A stretch of DNA of 63,018 bases from an uncultured archaeon (GTDB lineage Archaea; Aenigmatarchaeota; Aenigmatarchaeia; QMZP01; QMZT01). This document shows, piece by piece, positions 11,101-18,700 of the stretch. The stretch covers positions 8,834-71,851 of the forward strand of contig CAYFWU010000003.1 in NCBI GenBank assembly GCA_964347025.1, in the 5' to 3' direction. How positions within the stretch are numbered: position 1 is the stretch's first letter; each line of letters opens with the position of its first letter. Position numbers and translations under genes: made by a program. The notes under the pieces were generated by a model that was not told the origin of the DNA, ran no database searches, and saw nothing but the letters and a program-made list of their open reading frames with translations.

Positions 11101-11104
11101 TCAC
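5120..11104 (-). CDS. Large (1,994 aa) type-I surface protein: signal peptide, N-X-S/T-rich beta-sandwich (CARDB/NEW3-like) domains, Pro-rich linker, C-terminal TM helix, cytoplasmic tail with SHOCT-like motif
   Basis: GTG start at 11104 overlaps the upstream stop by 8 nt (GTGAATAA). N-terminal signal-like MNKIRYKIFILACIVLFALGLGVL. Pro-rich PPEPPVPPGEAPPPPPAPPEE (~6056-6125). TM FLPIWLIIVLIILIAVIVILLFFV (~5376-5450) followed by KRVKG. Tail ends ...LLEREFKDGLISEKAYENLKKRNEEKL. Confidence 0.9.
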   Translation of the reverse strand: MNKIRYKIFILACIVLFALGLGVLNTSSQNYDDEWWSEVWRYRVRIDLNTSEFYSPNNKTDRIDWPVEYEVNFTEILSEMNITGTFDENSTRVIEYNSTGSVLWEVKSQFDKYDDYNATSNAVGVVSFLLNGTNPKNTMRYYYVYFDITENGNKEKPNYTSDLVYSYAGSIDEFNVNNSIMAWFVDTERAENTSGIYHVIDLGTTNEILKEDSQGRTAEYLNYSNGTQNFGFDFRDNATFKHIGPVRIVVEQQGKETLWGLPDNKTNEGFMTKRYVFYSNSFFVKIEQIYENNETYNITRESAYSSAPGVNVNTTFNDTFNDPPYTYPNMSNTTDPGSWAWAGEEQGSWSAGIININESGTSNFFAYNDVDKSGRIGITLNATNITANGSIRQVSYMQFNGTAADENQIMNLKYGLLSNVILTKDVLEAWQVVTEVKAHNISDVNVTVFNRNETFIIKANVTIDYYNLSKRINATLDMGTAGASDDINMTLYDEDGDKLFNNSYYLLDNASVGLWNITLWVYNDTWYLLNTSFFAFNVTDEYFINITSIKNKTGFPDRIVNVTLEVKNYREDVWVPNATINCTYDSTEVSQDNITDYNNGSYFIQFNAPSQYKTYTLNCNATRNNNSGFDFEEFTVEGYTTNLSIVSIPDNLTYDNITWYRNQSLPIAANATNLENGSAYYANITLGLPPNITANTTIESCGDILIGKSCERYFSIIVLNGTPPGNYTFNVSVEWRNADYSYKINTTSVNVTVLPNSILDIVPITDNKISSIVAKEKEKNIGNFTINSSGNAPLQNITFNVSGFDNNFTFELLPPNVSFMGAGELKEIQINLTVSNETLPGTYNGTLNITSGNDGWKNITLEVAVAGTNMSIFIDPTNYTAENITWYVSQSFPILVNATNIETGVAFSSNITLGLPGNITSNSSLESCGNVQAGDSCVRYFLITVSNGTLPGNYSVNVSVEWVNPEVGKSVNYTLLNITVESNIILQIPEDNLTANVTHGTNVNFDNLTLNSSGNDKVVNLTLEVIGLSDFNFTFVPLQFNPPNITNMSAGEVQIVIVNVSIPAGYNPGIYSGTLNITTLNAGWKNLSIEIGVPTSRTWTITPDPPYCERPMSPELGHVCPNNITIDNTGNVQLDFNITPYSSQSSPVNYTWTNETSFTINKLESHRFAVLYNVTNAPVQFHRTNYTINATQAGSSPDFVILQIVLNPYVKPVVEIGIYPNATEQNGTLRIFANVTDLSSLNPIQNASINITGPDGTNYSAQMDPFGQTGNLYTYDIYFPYDADHGLWGNTSLKGVYNISIISFDIQGKNGTNSSNFTIYKKLMINLGTFRQSGIYYQGERGAVNYSVEDFLGSPIGDTNVTFSIRDPLQNLIIPPDPSTIHTTLSNGRIEIPPEFEIIDDAVLGNYTIIANSSYYESSVGKMLYENSTYQFEVKEESEITARVAIPDPSLIGQSMPMSVSVLANGVPSEPDSIDLKVYYTGSIYGLQLVTRPWGQLNKSDFTETSPGFYNYLTEILDENTTQTGTYVAVLEVMLGGKPGWDMEVFRISAGGPYDVSINLLEGQAYQNDYIDFEIYIENRGEVSHTDVKVEYWVSGQNQTWSYQYDFVNVPALSNRTLVKNLYITPTQPLGTYYVNALVTYDPAQPTASANASFLVAERGVGPPEPPVPPGEAPPPPPAPPEEKVPKIEITKYLQEIGIETGTTKYITVEVENTGGLGLRNVTLRVIGLPTPWTEITPKIVDYLSPGNSTSFNMKLSMPSIAEPKEYFGTLVAEGVAYNNKTSDEKMFKIVVFTSREDLVRWEIERLEKALRDFELDVKEAKDVGKDVSEVEPLIDEIKEKLSEAKDYLNKKMYDDALSAVYVGWNLLERAKYLLSKATFVQPFVTFLPIWLIIVLIILIAVIVILLFFVKRVKGSVESIFKVQLPKMKPTTVAVEKIQERENIAKEIASVKRVINLLEREFKDGLISEKAYENLKKRNEEKLASLEKRVAEVK
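7825..9187 (-). repeat. Tandem duplication of a two-domain unit of about 225 aa inside the 1,994-aa gene (copies ~8511-9187 and ~7825-8510)
   Basis: Protein-level alignment by eye. Start of each copy: TNLSIVSIPDNLTYDNITWYRNQSLPIAANATNLENGSAYYANITLGLPPNITANTTIESCGD...GTYNGTLNITSGNDGWKNITLEVAVAG versus TNMSIFIDPTNYTAENITWYVSQSFPILVNATNIETGVAFSSNITLGLPGNITSNSSLESCGN...GIYSGTLNITTLNAGWKNLSIEIGVP. Confidence 0.8.
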
Positions 11105-12650
11105 CCTTACCAGACAAAATCATTTTTTTGGTTCTTTCGTACGCTTCCTTGCTTATGAATCCCTTCTTGAAGGTGTCTTCAAGATCTTTAAGCAACGCTT
11201 CCTTCCTTTTCTTCTTTACTTCCGGTGACTTTGGAGGGAGAGGTTCTATCTTAGGCTTTTCCTCCGCTTTGGTTCCTGTCTTCGGTTCCTCAGCTTTCGC
11301 CTCCGGTGCAGCTGCAGGAGCAGACGGTGCAGCCTCGGCCTCTTTAATCTTAATTTCGATTTCATTCAGCTTATCGAGGTTGGCCTGCTTGGCCTTTTCA
11401 AATTCCTCCTTGGACATTCTCTTGTTTTTGTATTCATCCTCGAGTGTTTTTATGAACATCTTTATTTCCTCTTTCTGTATTTGCAATTCATTGACGACAT
11501 CCTTTCCGGCTTCTTCCGCTCCACCAGCAGGTTTGAAGGTCTGCCTGAATGCCTCGAGATCGTCCCTTGTTATGAATTTTGAGAGTTTCGTATTCATGTC
11601 ATCAACGCTTCTCATAAGTTCGTTAACAAGATCCTCCATGCGATCCTGCTTTGTTCTGTAGAGCAAAAACTCCTCCATCCTTTCGCTCAGTTCAGCATAA
11701 ATTGATTGAACCCTGTCAGCGGATTTTTCAAGGTTGTTCTTCATGGTATCCATGTCCTGAAGATTTTTAGCAACCTTCTTGCTACTGTTTATAACACTTT
11801 CCAAGCTCCCTATGTTGACCATAACATTCTTCAGCCTGTTGATGGTCTCATTCAGGGCATCTATAACCCTTCCCATCCTTTCTATCTTCATTCCCTGATT
11901 CGACATTTCTCTGTCCCTCTTTTTCATCTCCATAACAATCTTTTCAGGATCAACCTGTGAAACAGAATCCATGATTTTTCCTATCTTGACCTCCTCCTCC
12001 TTGAGGGAGGCCTCCCTCTGGTATATGATGGACCTCAGTTCACCCATGCTTTCCGTTACCCTCTGAACCTTCTCATCAACCATCTTTCTCCCTTCCTTTA
12101 TGGTCTCAACAACAGCCTTGAGCTTTTCAACATCAATCTCGAATTTCTCAACCCTTGCTCTAACATCGGTTACGTCCTTGCTGCTCTCCTCAGCCTTTGC
12201 CGCAGCCACCACATCCTTGATCTTGCCTGTTATTTTTGTCTCAAAATCTTCCATGAGTTTTTGAAACTTCTTCTCTTCCTTCGGTTTTTTTGGTGGCTTC
12301 TTCTCTTCCTTCACAACCATAACCGGTGCTGCAGGGGGAGCTACAGCAGGAGTTGGTGGGGGAGCGGCAGGCTTGGGCTTTTCTTTAACACCCTTTGCCT
12401 TAAGCTTTTCAATCTTCTTGTTTATCTCAGCCAACCTTTCCTCATTCTTTTTCTTAACATGCTGGTAATCTTCTTCCATGATAGAGGCTTCGGAGTAGGC
12501 ATCTTCCAGAGAAGTAAGCAAGGTCTCTATTTCCTCCTTCTGGTGAAGAAGATGTTCGAGACTCTCTTTATCTCCTGCTTCAGGAGTTTTCTTTTTGATA
12601 CCTTTGGTTTTAGAAATTCCTTTACCCCCAACTTTAGTCTTCCCAACCAT
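11097..12650 (-). CDS. Cytoplasmic coiled-coil protein (517 aa) with three SHOCT-like motifs and P/A-rich linkers
   Basis: ATG at 12650, 59 nt after the giant gene's stop. No TM. Motifs: LEDAYSEASIMEEDYQHVKKKNEERL (N-terminal), LEDEYKNKRMSKEEFEKAKQANLDKL (middle), LEDTFKKGFISKEAYERTKKMIL (C-terminal). Linkers: PKPAAPPPTPAVAPPAAP and AAPSAPAAAPEAKAEEP. Confidence 0.85.
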   Translation of the reverse strand: MVGKTKVGGKGISKTKGIKKKTPEAGDKESLEHLLHQKEEIETLLTSLEDAYSEASIMEEDYQHVKKKNEERLAEINKKIEKLKAKGVKEKPKPAAPPPTPAVAPPAAPVMVVKEEKKPPKKPKEEKKFQKLMEDFETKITGKIKDVVAAAKAEESSKDVTDVRARVEKFEIDVEKLKAVVETIKEGRKMVDEKVQRVTESMGELRSIIYQREASLKEEEVKIGKIMDSVSQVDPEKIVMEMKKRDREMSNQGMKIERMGRVIDALNETINRLKNVMVNIGSLESVINSSKKVAKNLQDMDTMKNNLEKSADRVQSIYAELSERMEEFLLYRTKQDRMEDLVNELMRSVDDMNTKLSKFITRDDLEAFRQTFKPAGGAEEAGKDVVNELQIQKEEIKMFIKTLEDEYKNKRMSKEEFEKAKQANLDKLNEIEIKIKEAEAAPSAPAAAPEAKAEEPKTGTKAEEKPKIEPLPPKSPEVKKKRKEALLKDLEDTFKKGFISKEAYERTKKMILSGKGE

Positions 12651-12709
12651 ACATTAATTAATTGATTACGAAATCTAAAATAAATAGATGTAAAATAAAT
12701 GAAAATAGA

Positions 12710-15700
12710 CTATTTCTTCATCCTTGCCTTGAGCGAATCCACGTAACTCTCAGCCATGGTGAACATACCCTGCTTCATCTTATCCTTCGCCAGGTTCAAT
12801 TCGATCTCCAGATCACCTGTGTCCACCTTCCTCTTCTTCATCGCCTCTATCTCTTTATCAATCTCCTCTATCTTCTTGTTCACCTCTACGTACTTGTCGA
12901 TCTCCTTGTCCGAGAGCCTTCCCGTATCGTGAATAAGTGGACGGAAGGATATGAAGTATGGTTTACCTTCGTTGTAGGCCGGGTTCTGAACGAGGGCTGT
13001 TCCTGTCACAAGCTTGACAACCTTCGAAGCGTAATCAGTTCCGTACTTTGTCTTAACCCTGCCTATATCCCCTTCGTACTTCGTCCTCAGCTGTATCTCT
13101 GTCGCTATGTTCGCCCTTATCGCTCCCCTGAAGTCCATAAGGACCTGGGAGATCATGAACACTCCTATTCCCCACTTACGGAACTCACGGCAAGCCCTTT
13201 CTAAGGCAACATAACCGCCCTTACCTCCATACTTCGGAAGCAGCCTGTGGACCTCATCGTATACCAACAGCAATTTTATCTCCCTTTCCTCTGGAAGCGC
13301 AGCCTTGAAAACAGAGCTAACGGTCTTCCTGACGAAGTGATCTATCTGGCCTGTTTCCAACCTGTTCATAACGAATACCGTTATTTCGCCAGGTTTCCTG
13401 TACTTCTGGATGTCCACCTCCATATCAGGATCGGTAACAAGAATGATATTGGTCTTGAATGCCGTTGCGTCCTCTGGTTTAAGGCCGAACTGTGAGTAAA
13501 GATTGATCATCCTCTTGTCTCTGCATGACTTCATGAACCCTGTCCACTGCGCGGTCGGATCGAAAACTATGACAGGAACCTTCCTCTTTAACATCTCCTC
13601 TGCAACTATCATTGCCGAAACAGATTTACCTGCTCCGGTCGCTCCCGCCGCCAACGAATGCATCATTAACGCCTTGGTATCCATGTACGCCTTCACATCG
13701 GTCTCTGCTATCTTACCCACGAGAACTGTGTCAGGTCCGGCCCTCGGAAGCTTCTTGAAGTCTATCGGGAATATGTACCTCCTCTTTGCCCTCCTTCTCA
13801 CCATCCAGGTAGCATAGAGCTTTCTTCCGAAATAGAAACCTGGTATGAGAAGGAAGATCACCACATATGTTAACCAGTGAAGGAAAACTGCTCTAAGTAA
13901 AATCAGAGGAGCCGGTAAAAGGATAATATCAAAGGAATCAACCGCATACGCCGACTTCCTGCCGTCCCAGTATGTGACATTCAGTTCAACAACGTACCTG
14001 TCCTGTGGCGTACCTTGCGGAATGGGAATTGATTTCGTGAATGTCTTGATGTTCTCTATTGCCAGGGTTTCCGAATTCTTTACTATGAGATTCTCTGTTT
14101 CCAAACCCTTCACTTCGTAAGTAACAATTATGTCATCTATTTCTGCCGTTGGTCCCATGTTTAAAAGCGTGACTTCGAATTTAAGGTTACCTCCAGGTTC
14201 AACGGTCTTTGTTAAGACATTAACATTTACATCAAGCAAGGGTTCTACAGGTATCTCGACCTTTATGGTAACGGGCGTTACATGCGTGATGTTTCGGTCC
14301 CTAACATTCGAAACAATATCACCTGTGTATATGCCAGGCTGTGTCGTCGGCAAAGCGTAAAGCTTGACCTTCATAACACCCGTTGATTTTCCTCGAACTG
14401 TGAATACTGGTTTTTCAATCTGGACGAGCTCCCAGGCATTTCCTGTAACGCTTGTTTCGACCGTGATTGAACTCCCAAGGTTGTTGAGTATGTCTATCGA
14501 ATGAATTTCATGTTCCCCTGGTCTCAGCGTGACGAATATCAGGGTTGATTTAATTTCGACGGGGATCGCAGGAACTCCAGGCACTCCAGGCACACCAGGA
14601 GCCCCCACTCCTACTCCAGGTCCAACTCCAGGTGGCGCTGGTGGAGTTGGCGGTGCGGGTGGGCAATCCGTCGAACATACTGCTGTTGATTCACCGGTTA
14701 CAGTTGAACAATTTCCGTCACCACATATGTATTCAGCAAGGACGTAAGCTCCTGAAATGCTGCTTGTATTTATGCTTATGGTGGAATCGTTCAGGTTTAT
14801 AGAGCTTGGCAATCTTGTCCATGTGATATCCTCATTCGAAACGCAACCAACTCCTATCCTTGTCCAGATACTGCAGTGATAAACTCCCAGGTTACTCAGC
14901 GTGAATCCTGAAAGTTGTGAATAATCCATTGTCAGCGTCCCCATACTGGAGTTCAACACGTTGGTTATGGATATTCCCCTCAAAGCCGAACTACTAACCC
15001 AGATAGGCTCTATTTCACCAAATGTCACAGGATCAATAAGGTTAACCAACAGTGGCGTATTGATAAGATTCATAGAGTCGTTCCAGAAGTATACGTCTAT
15101 GTCGAAATTCCTGGCATCAACAGTTTGGTTATAGTAGCCAGTTCCATTGGTTGTGATGTTCGCATAGGATATGTTTGTTCCCACTTCCCACAGACTGAAC
15201 TTGACCTGTATGGGTGGTCTCGATATTTTCTCTTCGTCCCTAGCCTCTCCTGAGAAGAACACACCTGCAAACGCTTCAAACGTTGTTGTAGTTGAATTAC
15301 AGTTACCTGATTTATCGCAGGCAGTTACATTTAACGTGTGTATACCAGCAACTGTTACGTTAGTGAAGTTGTATTCAAAGAGGAAGTAGTCCCCAATTTC
15401 TGAAATCAAGGTCATGTTGAACAGTTCGGTGTAATTCGTTCTGGAAATTCGAACGGTTGCATTCTGAACAACACCTGCATCTGTCACGTTCGCCCGTATG
15501 TTCGCGGTTGAGAACATTGGAACCCTTGCTGCAACTATTATCTCTATGCTTGGTGGTTCGGAATCCGTGTATATGATAGCGTCTTGTTCGCCGTCAAAGT
15601 ATAGCAAGCTCTTGTTGGTGTAGTTCGCTGTTACGTTGATATCATAACTCTTTGCTATCGCGAAATCAGGAGCAGTGAAGTTCATCAGCCACAGGCTTTC

Positions 15701-18700
15701 GTTGGATGAGTAGGTTATGTTTGTGAGGTTCATTTCCATTGATAGGGTCTCGTTATACAATGTTAAATTCCATATCACCAGGCTCGTATTGTCCACAGGG
15801 CTCGTCCCGTATGTAAGGTTAACCTTTACCTGTATGGTGTCGTTCCAGGTTATGTTTATAACAGGGTTTGTATTCGTGGGTTCGATGATATCAACAAAGT
15901 AGGGGTGAACAGTTAGGTTAACAAAGGTCTGTTCTGTCTGCGTCCCTGATGCGGCTGTATAATTGGTTGTCTTTACATTGCCCGTGTAATAGTTCCACTG
16001 GTAGATAACAGGAGCTGTGTAATTCAGGCCTATGTACTCGTATTCACCGATATCCATCTGGAGCTGGGTCACATTCTTTTGAACCACACCAAGTATCCCG
16101 CCTTCTATTCCTGTATCGAGGACAAGGTAGATGTTACCCGTGTTATGGACCGTTATGGTTTCAAGAGGACCTGTGGTTCCCTGTATAACCTCTTTCGATA
16201 TGTTTGCAGGCGTTTGCGTCCAGGTAAGGTTTACTGGAACTATCACACTTACGTTGACAACATCGTACGTCCCCAGCCCGCTCGCATTGATCATTCCGTA
16301 ATACTTGTCGCTCGGGAAGTTGCTTTGAACGTATATCTCGATGGTCACGTATTGCGTGTCGTTTATGGGCATTGATGCTATGCTGTCAGGATAGTAGGTC
16401 ACGGTGAAGTTATCGCATACCGCCCCGGACCCTGGTGTGCAGTTGAATGATATGCTGTCGACTTGATAGTTACCTATTGACCTCAGGGTTATCGAGATAT
16501 TTTCGGATGAATCTGGTTGTATAACGATATCGCTTACGTTATCCTGAACTATGTCCAGTACAGGGTTCTGAGTGACGTTTACCTGTATGTAGGTCTGGTT
16601 GAAACCGGGGGAACCGTTAATATCTATCCAATCCGACGTTAGGTTCACATAATAAACTCCTGGTGAGGTCGAGTTCGGGATGTTTATGATGGGTTGTCCG
16701 TAACTCGATTCGTTCCTTAGTATGGTCCCGAACGCGAACGTATCCTGGGAAGCTGACCAGCTAACGGGTGTGGTTATAGAAAGGTTTACATAGTACGCTC
16801 TTGCATGGCCCGTGTTGTTCATGTCTATTCTGACCGGGATGTCCTCCCCCGCGTAAATGGTTATGTCGGTGATTTCAATGCTCGTTACATTCGGATTTAT
16901 CTCCATCGTTGTTATTCCAGCAGCCAGAAGATCTCCGTAAAGATAACACCCAGATTTGCTTCGGGTATCGTTTGCGCATATATGAAGCGTATGGATCCCC
17001 GAGATGTTGGAGGAGTAGTTCACGCTGTAATAGGAATCGTTCTTAACCATGTAATCCTTGAATGGGCTCTCAACCTTGGCATAGTAATGGAGCCATGAAT
17101 AGTATGCAGAACTTATCTGCGATCCGTTGACATCATGAACGGTCAGGTTTATGTTCTGGTCTCCAGGAAGCGTGAAACTCGTTCCGTTCTGGACGGCATC
17201 AGCCGTGAAGTTCGCTCCTGGGGTTACGGACTGGTTTATCACGATCAAGTTTTCGTTCACGGTGATGTTTATGTAAACTGTCGAGGCCTCATCGTTGTTG
17301 AATGTTACGTTGAAGTATTGCATCTCTCCCTCGAAATTAACATATTCCGTGTGATTGTATCCTGATTCGTTACCTACTGACTGGCGGATCAATTTCGAGA
17401 TACTGGTGTAGTTTATATCTCCGGGTCTCATTACCCGTATCCAGGCCTTGTCAACCGCGAAATTATCCGTTATTTTCGCAGAGATTGAAACGTTCTCGAA
17501 GATTATTTCGAATATGTCCGGCGTTACGCTAACATCCTCTATTACCGGAGGAATATCCGTTACGTTCAGCCAGAAGTCCACGTAATCCTCGTCAGGATCC
17601 GCAGGCAACGTTGTATTTATTACCCATAGCTTTACGTAGAACAATCCCTCGGTGGCTCCACCACCAACACTGTAGTTAACATAGATATTTTGTTTGTCTC
17701 CCTTCTCTACATCCAGGGCCGGAGGCGAATAAACAACAAGTCCTGTTCCATTCCCCTGTAATGCTATGTCAAACACCATCTTAACGTTACCTATGTTGGT
17801 TACGTTTATCACCCCAACCTCACCATCCATGTTCGGAGGTGTTAAGAAGGTTCCGAATGTCCTCGAAACAGGTTCTATCAGCCAGCTTGAGTTCAGGGGA
17901 ATGCTTATATTCATCAAGGCCAGGTCCTCTCCGCCAAGGACGGCTGCTGCCTTTATGTATGCCCAGTAGTCACCCGGTTCCTGTCCACTTGGGATGTCCA
18001 TGTAAATATCCACTGTTAAGTTTTCGGTGGGTCTCAAAATACCCTGGGTTTCAGGTATGAAAGTCACGTTGCATTCAGGACATTTCGTTTGCAGATTGCT
18101 CCCTATACCAGAGGTTAAACTCATTGTTATATCTCTTACCCAGTCGTTTCCTATTGAAAGGACGGTTACGTTTCCTATGTAAAAATTCTGGCTGTCGTGC
18201 GGGACATTGTCGTTGATTAATTGCGATTCAAAGATGTCCAGTATAGGATTTGAGGTGACCTTGATATCTGTCGTATTAGTTGTCCAGTTCCACGCCTGAT
18301 CAGGATCCATCCATGATGCATTCCCTATCAAATGGATAAGTTGAGGTGTTGTCGCTTCTGGGACGGTAATCTCGAAATGCCAGACGCATTTCGTAGTGTT
18401 AGACATGTTTCCGCAGTCATGGTAATGCAGTGTCTGATTGAATATTATGATTCCTCCGGCATCATCATACGCCGAGATGTTTACGAAGTACGCGCGGGGC
18501 GGACCAAGGTTGGTGAAGTTTATGTACATGTCTGTCGTGTAGTTAAGAGTCTGGGTTATATTGGAGGCTATGATTTCAGGGGTTTGCTCCATTGCATAGT
18601 TTATCTTACCCCACACCGTGAAATTACCTGCGTACGAATAATTCGCATTATACTCAGGACTCTCATCCCGAGCGTAAACTGTCACGTCATATACGCCCCC

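Noticed and set aside
11097-12650. The 517-aa protein as an ESCRT-III/CdvB- or PspA/Vipp1-like membrane-remodelling protein.
   Set aside because: Only a vague resemblance in helical K/E/M-rich composition in its central part. I can point to no diagnostic motif, so it is kept as a generic coiled-coil/SHOCT-like protein.
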